NCBI GenBank assembly: GCA_000442015.1
Contig: KE561161.1
Coordinates: 1-64,000, forward strand
DNA: 64,000 nt
Reading direction: 5' to 3'
Origin: Rozella allomycis CSF55
Taxonomy: Eukaryota
A model generated the notes under the pieces. That model did not search any database. It saw only the letters and a program-made list of their open reading frames with translations, and was not told the origin of the DNA. Shown here in pieces: positions 54,143 through 64,000 of the stretch (position 1 is its first letter; every line of letters starts with the position of its first letter). The position numbers and the translations under genes are program-made.

Positions 54143-54295
54143 TAGACTTTCCGTTGGTCTAGTGGCTAACCATGATGCTTACGGACGTCTAGGTGCATGG
54201 TTCGATCCCCATCCATGTTTCCGAATTTTCTGGGGTTTTCAGGTTGAGGCAAGGTTCGACTCCTTGGTGATTTTGACGATGTGGATCCCTCATCC
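54143..54295 (+). ncRNA. tRNA-Glu-related Pol III-type structured element (ncRNA, SINE or tRNA relic)
   Basis: A box TGGTCTAGTGG, two B boxes (54199, 54253), several hairpins, no complete cloverleaf. Confidence 0.5.
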
Positions 54296-54511
54296 TTAAT
54301 AAATACGATTATTCAAATAACTGTATATATTTAAAATATAAAAAAAAAAGATTGTTCTTTAAAACTTCCAGCGGAAAGGAATGAACCATGAGGACATCTT
54401 GACATTGAAATTCACGTCAAAAATAAACTCGCAGAAACGCAAAAAAATAATATTTATGTGATTCATCTATAATTAATAATGTTATAATAACATAAATGTA
54501 CCCCTTCTTAT

Positions 54512-55455
54512 TTATTGACTAGGCTGTATATTCGATTTCGGTTTTCTGGGAATAGGTGGTGCGTATTGATATCCCATTGATGGATTTGCCATTGATGAAT
54601 TTGCATTTATAGCCATATTTGGAAACTGCATCGAATTAGGATGAATGTTGCCTATGGCAGGATTACTGACAAACCCTTGATTACTAGGAATATATTGTTG
54701 ATATGGGATGTGCTGATTCTGCAACTGTGAAGGGGGTGGTTGAGCTGTATAGGGTTGAATCGGTAAGTTTAAGGTAGTTTGATTTTCTAAAGGCATATCT
54801 TTCAAAGGAGCAGATTCAGCTGCCGTTAAATTTTTATCGATAACTTCTGTTTGTTCGATTTCAGGAATAAATTTTTCTATTCATATTGCACAAATTACAT
54901 ACTTATANCAGAACTTACATACTTATATCTTCGGAGCTTAATGGGTGGATGGTATTTCCTAGATTTTTCGGTGGTTCTTTTTCCTCTTGTCCTGACAAAG
55001 ATTGAATGTTTGATAACTCACGAATGAAGTAATCAGCCAAAAATCGTATTTTTTCTAATGAGGGAATTAGGGTGTTAATTGATTGTTGGTCTTGCAAGTC
55101 AGATTTACTTGAATCTGTTGAGTAAATATATAATGTTTACCTTTCACGATTATATTTAATTTGTTCATAGTTAACAGTGCATGCTGTACGTCGTTGTCGT
55201 CTGTCAATAGAATTAAATCGCCATCACTAAAAAAGAGGGCTCAGATATTACCTTCATCTATATAATTTAACTGGTAATTTTCTGGATTATCAGATAAATC
55301 TCTTTTGAATAAACGTTGCATAATGAAGCAAAGTTCATTGTAGGTCTATTTTGTCTGAAATTAGTGGTTACCAAATCCTTATTACATAAAGAGACACGCC
55401 TAAATGTGGAGCCAAATCGTGCTTTGATAGTTACCATACAATCTCCTCCCTGCAT
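54512..55455 (-). CDS. TFG: TFG-like protein (PB1 + coiled coil + P/Q-rich tail)
   Basis: Spliced IKARFGSTFRRVSLCNKDLTYNELCFIMQRLF...YIDEDGDLI matches the TFG PB1 domain as I recall it; one GT-TG intron. Confidence 0.8.
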
Positions 55456-55668
55456 TGTTATAACCAAAGAAATAGGTGGCGTTGCGAACTTCTCGATATC
55501 CGAGAACATAAATATGGATAAAGAAAGTTGACATGTATAATAAATGTAAATGCATAAATAATTTATTTTAAGAGCTTAAAATCATAAAAGAATTGGAATG
55601 TTCAAGGATGAAAAGGATCCACGTCTTTGGCGAAGATTTGGACATCTGGTTAGAATAAAAAGAAGCAT

Positions 55669-57612
55669 TTACTTGATCAAATCCAAATATTGAGCCTTTT
55701 CATAAGCTTCCAACATATCAAGATGAATTAGGCAATCATGGCAATCGCAAATACCTAACTCCTCCGATAAATCTTCAAGCGCAGTTGGATCTTCTTCGTC
55801 GACGCTAGTGGCTGCATCATCAGTGATTGATTTTTCATCAAGGTCTGAAGAAGAATTTTTATCGTCGACTCTTTCATCAATTTCCGAAAAAAGAGTTTCA
55901 GTTTCCTTTGTTCCATTTTCACTTTCTTCATCAGATCCATTTTCGCTCTCATCTTTAGAATTTGTTTCACTCTCACCATCGGATTCTTCTTCAGTTTCCT
56001 CGTCAGAGACTTCTTCTTCGTCTTCGTCAATTTGGCCATTTTGATATTTCACAATTAAATCTTTCCAATGAATCAAATCTTCATTTCTATCGATAAATTC
56101 CATAAAATTTTCTCCATAGACGTTTCTCTTTGTTAATGCGTCTGGGCACAAATCGAGAATCATTTTGAAAATCTTTTTGTCTGCGGAATACGTGTTCAAA
56201 GCCATGAAGAATAAAGGAGAATGATTAAAAGACATACTTTCTTTAAGTGATTCTCTCAATTGTCTCTTAATCTCATTATATCCTTCATAGCTTGTTTCAT
56301 AAATTGTAATTAAAAAATTGAACTCATTATCTATCAAGAGCTTTTCAAGGATACTAAATGGTAAATTCTTTTTGAAATTTAAGGTAAAGAGATTACAAGA
56401 GAGCATTGAAGCCGCCTCTGCGTATTTTTTCTCATTAATGGCATAAAAGAATACATTTAAATAATTTTGGTCGTTTCCGTATCTAAATAATTCGACGTCT
56501 TGCTTTGCTTCTTTAAATCCAAGTAAGATCTCCTGCACGAGTTCATTCGAGTAATATTCACTGTCAATCGCTAAATGGAGCAACGAATTTATTCCGTTCA
56601 TAATCGATAAGTCTGGATAATCTTGTATTACGCTCGAAATAATTTCATAATTTTGCGATTGAACAACAATAGCAGGGAAGGCCATGCAGTCACCATCAAT
56701 GTTGAACATTAAGTATTCACTCTTAAGTGGAAATCGTTTTCTTAGAGCATTATAAAGTTTGACGTTCTTTACGTATGATATCTTTAGGTAAATTGCTCTG
56801 ACTTTTTCTAGTAAAATTTCAGAATTATCTTTAAGTTTCAGACCCGACTTTTTGAGTTGATCATTATTCGACAAATATTTATTTGGAAGTTTTGGTATTT
56901 CATTTATCAAATAAGTAAATTTATCGACTTCGATATTCATAATAGAATCAATCAAATTGTATGACAATAGAGTTGTTGGTAATTTCTTTTTGCAACCTAA
57001 TTTCTTTCTTGAAATTCTCTCATTCTTTTTAAATAACTTCATGAATTTGTTATCTTTTTTATGCATTGATTCTGCATATTCTGCCAAAGTTTGGCCATTG
57101 GGAAGTACACTGTCATCTTCAATAATATTCTTCTCCATAAGAAAAGATATGATATCTTTTCTATGCTTTTTTGATTTCATCGCTTTCGTAACAATTGTTT
57201 CCCCTGACATATCCGAAACGAAAAATAACCAGTGATCATTTGACTTTGTAAATTCCACCAATAACTTGAATGTATTAATTTGATCTTTTTCAATAGCTAG
57301 AGCATAATAAGTCATAAATTTGCTTGGTTCTCTCAGGTACAAAGTATCATATTGTCGTCTCAAGATCTGTCGTATCACATCAATATTTTTATCTCCACAC
57401 TCTACCAATGAAGAAAAATAATCATTTTCATAGTCTTTCCCACTTTCAGCAAATTTGTAACGGGCAAGATCTTTGAGTGTACCTTCATTGTTTAAAATGG
57501 CTTTTTTGGCACTGATATTGTTTTGCTCAACAGTTTCAAAATCCGCCAAAACCTTGAAATCGAGCAAGGTTGAAAATACGAACGAAGTTAGGCAGAAAAA
57601 AAAGTACCACAT
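55669..57612 (-). CDS. Secreted intronless protein with degenerate ankyrin-like helices and acidic tail
   Basis: Signal peptide MWYFFFCLTSFVFS; GETIVTKA, GQTLAEYA, SLLHLAI, YGENFM; D/E-rich C-terminus. Confidence 0.7.
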   Translation of the reverse strand: MWYFFFCLTSFVFSTLLDFKVLADFETVEQNNISAKKAILNNEGTLKDLARYKFAESGKDYENDYFSSLVECGDKNIDVIRQILRRQYDTLYLREPSKFMTYYALAIEKDQINTFKLLVEFTKSNDHWLFFVSDMSGETIVTKAMKSKKHRKDIISFLMEKNIIEDDSVLPNGQTLAEYAESMHKKDNKFMKLFKKNERISRKKLGCKKKLPTTLLSYNLIDSIMNIEVDKFTYLINEIPKLPNKYLSNNDQLKKSGLKLKDNSEILLEKVRAIYLKISYVKNVKLYNALRKRFPLKSEYLMFNIDGDCMAFPAIVVQSQNYEIISSVIQDYPDLSIMNGINSLLHLAIDSEYYSNELVQEILLGFKEAKQDVELFRYGNDQNYLNVFFYAINEKKYAEAASMLSCNLFTLNFKKNLPFSILEKLLIDNEFNFLITIYETSYEGYNEIKRQLRESLKESMSFNHSPLFFMALNTYSADKKIFKMILDLCPDALTKRNVYGENFMEFIDRNEDLIHWKDLIVKYQNGQIDEDEEEVSDEETEEESDGESETNSKDESENGSDEESENGTKETETLFSEIDERVDDKNSSSDLDEKSITDDAATSVDEEDPTALEDLSEELGICDCHDCLIHLDMLEAYEKAQYLDLIK

Positions 57613-57697
57613 GGTTCAAGCCACACAAAAGCAATTGCTTTTTAGGGGCGGCATAAAGTTTCCATTTAAACATTTATTCAAATGATAACATTCATCA

Positions 57698-57771
57698 GCT
57701 CCCATAGCTCAGTTGGTTAGAGCGTCGTGCTAATAACGCGAAGGCCGCAGGTTCGACCCCTGCTGGGAGCA
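57698..57771 (+). tRNA. tRNA-Ile(AAU)
   Basis: GCTCCCA/TGGGAGC acceptor stem, TCGTG-CTAATAA-CGCGA anticodon arm, T5 terminator. Confidence 0.95.
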
Positions 57772-57847
57772 TTTTTCATATAACTCACTAATTTGGGGCA
57801 TTTTTAATTTTTTATTTTGAAAAATCAACTGGTGGAGGTTACTCTGA

Positions 57848-60508
57848 ATGGGGACGTTCAGTGAATCAAGGTTGAATAATTCCATTTTTCTGTTATCCCT
57901 CACTATGACCCTTGCCAAATTTTCAGTTTGTATGGATCAAGATGCAATACAAAATTGGATATACCCGTCGAATTTTAGTTTAAGAGAGTATCAATATAAT
58001 ATTGTGCAAAAATCACTTTTTCATAATACTTTGGTGTGTCTTCCTACAGGCCTAGGCAAAACCTTGATTGCTGCTGTTGTAATGTTTAACTATTATCGGT
58101 GGTTTCCAAAAGGAATGATTATTTTTTTAGCGCCCACTAAACCTCTTGTCTCTCAACAAATTGAAGCCTGTTATTCAATGACTGGTATGGAAAGAGAGAA
58201 AATAGCCGAGCTAACAGGTTCGATTTCTCCAGAAAAGAGAGATCACTATTGGAATAATAAGCGTTGCTTTTTTATGACACCACAGGTGTTGCAAAATGAT
58301 CTAAAGAGGCATAAATTTATTTCAGAGAATTTGGTTTGTCTGGTCATAGATGAGGCTCATAGAGCGATGGGTTCTCATGCTTATAGTGAAGTTGTAAAGG
58401 AAATAAGTTGTTTCAACTCGCAATTCAGAATCTTGGCTTTAACGGCTACCCCTGCATCTGATCCAAAGGCAGTACAAGAGATTGTAAATAATCTATTAAT
58501 TAGCCACATTGAGATACGAACGGAAGAATCTATAGATGTTAAAAAATATGTTAATCAAAAGGAAAAGAAGGTTTTTGTGCTTGAATTGGACCCAACGCTT
58601 CAAAGTTTGAAAAATGGTTTTATAAATAAAATAATGAAGCCTTATTTAAATCTTTTGAATCAATCGAATTGTCTACATGACAAAAACCCAGAGACGCTTT
58701 CTGTTTGGTATTTGATGGAAAGGCGGAATCAATGCAGACAAATTCGAAGTAATCTTGGCACTTATGAAGTAATATTTTCTTGTTTAATTCTTTTCGCGCG
58801 AGCTCTAGAGAATTTGATGTGCTATGGACTGAATATGTTTTATAAGACTTTGACATCACCTTTAGAAGGCGATTCTGATCATCATCCGTCGTTAATAATG
58901 AATTTGCAAAAGAATATAGAATTGCATAATCTAGTAAAGTATTTGAATGAATTGAGAAACACGAAAAGAGAATCTCATCCGAAATTTCAGAAATTGAAAG
59001 AATCTTTAAACGAGCATTTTTCAAAGAATGGGCGTGATTCAAAAGTGATAATATTTGCCAATTTTAGAGAAATAGTTGAAGAAATATTTGTGTATCTAAA
59101 AGAAGAGGATCAAGTCAGGGTTGCCACGTTTGTGGGTCAATCACATGGCAAGACAAGGGGATTGAAGCAAAAGGAACAGATAAAGGTTTTAGAAGATTTT
59201 AAAAATGGAATATTTAATGTAATCGTTGCGACGTCGATTGGTGAAGAAGGATTGGACATTGGAGAAGTAGATTTGATAGTTTGTTTTGATGCCCAAGCGT
59301 CACCGATAAGAATGTTACAAAGGTTTGGAAGAACTGGCAGAAAGAGAAGCGGTGAGGTGATTTTGTTACTTTCAGCTGGAAAAGAACAAACGAAATATAA
59401 AAGATCCAAAGATCAATATCAATCTGTTCAAAAAGCAATAATAAAAGACTCCAAATTTCAACTTTATCAAAACAATCCTCAAATGATTCCGAATCCAAGT
59501 CAATGCAAAAGTTTAATGCTAGAGATTCACTTGCCTTCCCAAAAGTTTCTAAAAACGCCCCAATCAAAAAGAACAAAAAATTTATCTTTTCCAACGATCG
59601 AAATTTCAGAAAACCAAAAGAAACTCTTTGAATCCAAACGTCAACAATTTTCTTCAATTTCTTCTAAAACAAACTTTATTCGCCCCCTGTCAAAAACATC
59701 CCAAGCCTTTCATTCAATTCTACTGAAGATCCAATCATTTTCTCAAGACAATTCAAATTCACAAATAAATTATTTGTCAGACAACGATGAAGATAACATT
59801 AACGTTATTCTTAATGACCTTTTAGATGAGGAAGAAAATTGTTCTGAAATTTCAGAAAATGAAATCAAAATTCCTAAAATCATAAACTGGAAAATTCAGA
59901 AATTAAATTTCACTGATTTTACTTTACCATTTTCTTTGTTTATGGGCGAGATTAATCCACCTTCTTCCCCAATTCTAGTGAAATTTGAACAACTCTCTGA
60001 AACTAAACACTCTTCAGACACTATAGATACAAGCTTTCACCAGTTCCCTGATCTTGAAAAGGGATTAGAAACTCCCTCAGTTCTAGAAACCCCAATTGCA
60101 GCCAAGGCAAACAAAAAAAGAGTTATTTTCTCGCCTGAAACACCAACAATCTCATCACCAACATTACAGAAATTTCCAATAAACAGAAAAAGAAAAATCT
60201 CTCAATTTCTCGACCTTGAAGCTGCAAATTCAGAAAAGGATGACGATGAATTGCCTGATGGTGAATTCTCCGCAATGTCAAGTTTTATCAATGATGATTC
60301 ACAACATGTTTCAATGGACGACACCTCAATTTACCTTCGTTCCTTAATGACACAACATCAAGAAAGTTTAGGTTTCAAAACATCCAAAAATCAATATGGC
60401 AATAACAGGGCATACAAGCTTAATCTCCGTTCAAATGAATTAAAAAGCGATGAAAGCGACAAAGCTGTATTAATTTCCTCGAGCGATGACTCGTCAGATA
60501 TATCATGA
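57848..60508 (+). CDS. MPH1: FANCM/Mph1 DEAH helicase
   Basis: LPTGLGKT, APTKPLVSQQ, DEAH, LTATP, ATSIGEEGLDI, QRFGRTGR, FLDLEA; apparently intronless. Confidence 0.95.
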   Translation: MGTFSESRLNNSIFLLSLTMTLAKFSVCMDQDAIQNWIYPSNFSLREYQYNIVQKSLFHNTLVCLPTGLGKTLIAAVVMFNYYRWFPKGMIIFLAPTKPLVSQQIEACYSMTGMEREKIAELTGSISPEKRDHYWNNKRCFFMTPQVLQNDLKRHKFISENLVCLVIDEAHRAMGSHAYSEVVKEISCFNSQFRILALTATPASDPKAVQEIVNNLLISHIEIRTEESIDVKKYVNQKEKKVFVLELDPTLQSLKNGFINKIMKPYLNLLNQSNCLHDKNPETLSVWYLMERRNQCRQIRSNLGTYEVIFSCLILFARALENLMCYGLNMFYKTLTSPLEGDSDHHPSLIMNLQKNIELHNLVKYLNELRNTKRESHPKFQKLKESLNEHFSKNGRDSKVIIFANFREIVEEIFVYLKEEDQVRVATFVGQSHGKTRGLKQKEQIKVLEDFKNGIFNVIVATSIGEEGLDIGEVDLIVCFDAQASPIRMLQRFGRTGRKRSGEVILLLSAGKEQTKYKRSKDQYQSVQKAIIKDSKFQLYQNNPQMIPNPSQCKSLMLEIHLPSQKFLKTPQSKRTKNLSFPTIEISENQKKLFESKRQQFSSISSKTNFIRPLSKTSQAFHSILLKIQSFSQDNSNSQINYLSDNDEDNINVILNDLLDEEENCSEISENEIKIPKIINWKIQKLNFTDFTLPFSLFMGEINPPSSPILVKFEQLSETKHSSDTIDTSFHQFPDLEKGLETPSVLETPIAAKANKKRVIFSPETPTISSPTLQKFPINRKRKISQFLDLEAANSEKDDDELPDGEFSAMSSFINDDSQHVSMDDTSIYLRSLMTQHQESLGFKTSKNQYGNNRAYKLNLRSNELKSDESDKAVLISSSDDSSDIS

Positions 60509-60568
60509 CTACTTTTAAATAAATTCTAAATTTTAATTATGTAATCTATTATGCGTGAAAACTCCTTG

Positions 60569-60876
60569 TCTTTTAAATACTAAAAATAGCAGGAATATTT
60601 TTGGGTGCCTTCTAGGGGTAATTTGTAACAAACTAAATGATGCAGATGGACACATACCACTTAATTATCTTTTTATTTTTACATGCAGTTAGATCAACTG
60701 GAGGTATCGCAAATTTACTACCGANATTTCTTTTAAATACTAAAAATAGCCGGAATATTTTTGTGTCTACTAGGGGTAATTTGTAACAAACTAAATGAAG
60801 GACACATACCACTTAATTATCTTCTTATTTTTACATGCAGTTAGATCAACTGGCGGCATCGTAAATTTACTACCGA
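60569..60876. repeat. Tandem duplication around N60725 (probable allelic artefact)
   Basis: About 150-nt copies covering the promoter and signal peptide, with multiple SNPs and indels. Confidence 0.8.
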
Positions 60877-62974
60877 TCTCTCACGCAAATACGTTCAATA
60901 ATAGACAATTACAATTACCAAGACATGCCCAATTGGGTATGATGCATGAAGGACAACAGCTAGTAGTTCCAAAGTCACCATGGATTAATGCTGATTATTC
61001 GAAAAGGTCAATANTTATTCGAAAAGATCAATAACGAGCATAGTCGGGTTGAGTTCAGTTAATAGAAAGCTAAATACTTTTGAAGACCAATATCGCGCAT
61101 TGAAAAGTACTTTCAATGACCATGACGTTAATGCGGATCTTAGACTTTCAAATATACTACGAAAGATAATTCCAAAAGAATCAAAAGAAGCACGAGAATA
61201 TTGGTTCAACATTCTGAGAAGACTGACTAAAGATGATTTACAGAACCAGCAAACAATAAATCTTGCGTATTATATTATGAAGGAGGGAAATATCAACGCA
61301 TCTAAATACGTTAATGGGAAGTCATCTTTTCATAGTAGCGAGTATAAGAAAATTGAAATCTTTTGGATTCGCAAACTTATTGAAAAGGGAAGACTAGATA
61401 AACAAAAAATCGCCCAACAAGCCACGCAGATCGGAGATTTAGAAATCTTAAAGTTACTGGTTTCTACACCTGATGATATCCAAAAATTTAATCTTTTACA
61501 CATAGCACTTGAGTCCAAACAAGATCAATCCTTATCTTACTTGACTGACAAAGTTCCATTGAAATCTGAGAACTTGATTTACGCCTACAATTCAAAAAAG
61601 CCAGAGATTATTATTATGGCCGAAAAATATTTCTTCAAATTTGACTTTAACAAGCGTAATTTCGAGGAACAAAAATCAATTTTTGAGTACCACTTGGAAA
61701 ACGAAACATGGAATCGTTTAAATAACATTCTCTCCAAGGAATTTATAGATAAATTAGCCAAGGAGTTTACTGATAAGAAAAATATGCCTTTGGCTCTTCT
61801 TTTAATGAATGCCGATTCGATTCATTATGATAAAGAAATTCCTTCTTTAATTTGGCACAAAGAAGAAAGCTTTAACTATAATAATTATGAAAAAGAAAGG
61901 ATTCTTCTCAAAATAGGAAAAGTAAGTGGTTCGGAGCTCGTTAAGAGAGCTGTCTTGAGATATGCTGACAAACATCAGTCCAAATTACTGATGATTGAAT
62001 TTTCTGATAGCGTCAATTTAGAGACAGCTATATCCTCAGACGCTCTTCGTTTGTCCGTGTTCATGATTCGTGACAAGAATGTTCCCGTTAGTTTAAACGA
62101 GTTAATGCTAGTTTCTAAATTGAAAATGCATGAAAGAAAACCAAAATTTTACAGTTTTATTATGCGGGAATATTCTACTCAGTTCAAATATATGGATGCC
62201 AAGACTAAATATGAGCAACTTTTAAAAATCGCTGAAAGCAAAATGCCGCAAAAATGGAAAATTATTCGAGATCTCTTGGACGAAGGCAATAAAAATAGCA
62301 TGCTACTCCAAGCTAACTTCATGAGGGTCATCAAATTAGCGATACCCAATGCATCGGTTGAAAAGAATGGCCGTTTTATTTCAATTAATCAGCCTGGCAA
62401 ACTGGATGAAAAATGGACTGATTCTCTCTCCAAGACTTTACTTTTATTGATTATGGAGGGCACACCAGCAAGACATGATCCCGTTAAGCTTTCATTAGCA
62501 ACACATTCAATGAAGGCTGGTGATGAAACCACAGCTACATTACTACTATCTTACATTGCCACACCCGAGATCAAATCTATGGCAGTGGATGAAGCAATTC
62601 GATTAAATCAATTTGATTTTTTCAACCATTTAGTTCATAAATACCACACGCCTATTAGTGCATTCGCTTTGACAAAATACTCAAGTTCCAACGATCTTTC
62701 TGCAATACAAAACATTCAGTCAAAGTATTTTTCGGGATTCAAGAAGAAATCTGTCGATGAGCAGGTTAATGACTTGTTATACTTTGAGAAGACTCAGAAT
62801 TGGAAATTCATTGATGCACTTTTAAATACAAAGAATAATTGGACCATTTTTGGCCAAAGAGATCTTCAGACACGCATATTAGATTCTTCTTTAACTAATC
62901 AAGAAAAAAGAGAGATGTTATCAGTCTATATACAAAAGAAAAATGGGGCAGATGCCGCCGCAGATCGCAAATAA
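60795..62974 (+). CDS. Secreted intronless helical-repeat protein
   Basis: Signal peptide MKDTYHLIIFLFLHAVRS; collapsing the duplication at N61014 joins it in frame to the 641-aa ORF. Confidence 0.65.
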
Positions 62975-63131
62975 ACTCCAATATTTAAATTAATAATTTA
63001 GTGTACAAAGTGTAGTGCATGTAACATTCTATGGTGTTTTAAGCCATTTGTCTAAAGTAAGATCATTTAAGCTTTTAGAGTCAACCCTCACGACCTAGTG
63101 TATATGGTTTTGCAATTCGCAAAATTCAAAA

Positions 63132-64000
63132 ATGAACTTTATTGACGACATCGTAATATCGTCTCCAGACAATATTATTTATGGCAGAAAGAGCGAAATA
63201 TTTATTAAAGTCAAATTTAAAAAGGAATTTGCCCAGCCATCTATAGAAAACTGTTTGTCGTTGGTCATAAACTCTGTTAGCATAACGTTGAATAAGCTTC
63301 CCTTAATATACGACATAACATCTTTAATGTCATTTAGCTATAAAAACTACAAAATCTCTTTTGAAAATGTGAAAGTTGACGAAAATGAACATTGTGTAAT
63401 TTTTCCAGTGATTTTAAGGATATGTAAGCAAACACTCACTATGTTTGATATCAGATCCATCATTGTCAAGTTATTATGGTTCACTTGTTAATATAAATTT
63501 TCAATTGTCGAAGGATGAAAAGTCTGAAACAGCCCTTGAAAATGAACTCAAGCATGCAAGCAAAAATAATATGATAATGAAAATATTAGAATCCAATGAT
63601 TGTAACAGATGATTTATTTATGTGAGAAAGATTTGTCGTTATCAATAAAAGAGAAAAATAGGCGGCCTAGCGTGAATCCCAACGAAAACATTGGGAACTC
63701 ACTTTTTAAAAGGATTATATCTCAAAACATATCCATATCAGCTCCATTTTATGCCCAATTTTACTTTAACAAAGTAGGCATTGATTCGGTCATAGCCACA
63801 ATTGTTATCAATCACAATCCAAAAGTCCAATTGCCGATAGTAATAAAGAGTTTAGACTTGAAAATATTAAATATTAAAAGAAAAAATATTGATTCCGGTA
63901 AAAAGACGACTGATGATTGTTTTCTCATTTCTAAAATAGAAGTATGTTTTTATGCACCATTCGACAAGGAAATCACACCTTTTGTATTAGATAAGTGTGA
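63132..64000 (+). CDS. Hypothetical multi-exon protein (3' end uncertain)
   Basis: ORF followed by an intron-like GTAAGC...CAG and further coding-like sequence. Confidence 0.4.

Noticed and set aside
54229..54270. TCTGGGGT..CAGG resemblance to tRNA-Sec
   Set aside because: No TCA anticodon arm or extended acceptor stem can be built.
54147..54378. 11-bp inverted match CTTTCCGTTGG / CCAGCGGAAAG suggesting MITE ends
   Set aside because: One mismatch, no target-site duplication, and each arm pairs locally in its own hairpin.

Overview
Gene-dense, AT-rich eukaryotic nuclear DNA with about 50 protein genes, 3 tRNAs and intergenic gaps often under 100 bp. Genes are split by very short spliceosomal introns; I placed about 130 by eye, nearly all 26-30 nt. 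Gene content includes flagellar IFT56 plus calreticulin, FANCI, TFG, Rac, Cdc42 and fungal-type BMT6. This points to an early-diverging zoosporic fungus-lineage organism such as Rozella/Cryptomycota (inference). The main result is a non-canonical splicing regime. Five conserved genes (PGM2, calreticulin, PSF2, HRD1, TFG) only give the conserved protein if a 26-28 nt intron ending in TG is removed. Canonical AGs closer than about 26 nt to the donor are repeatedly skipped, and one 58-nt intron resolves into a 30-nt intron nested in a 28-nt intron. Together these suggest length-measured 3' splice-site choice. Other candidates are a tRNA-Glu-related Pol III-type structured element, a co-oriented block of bacterial-type genes, strand-skew switches inside FANCI and FANCM, and a recurrent GCCAC promoter motif. 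Gene spans include introns and were assembled by hand. Duplications around single N bases are probably uncollapsed haplotypes.
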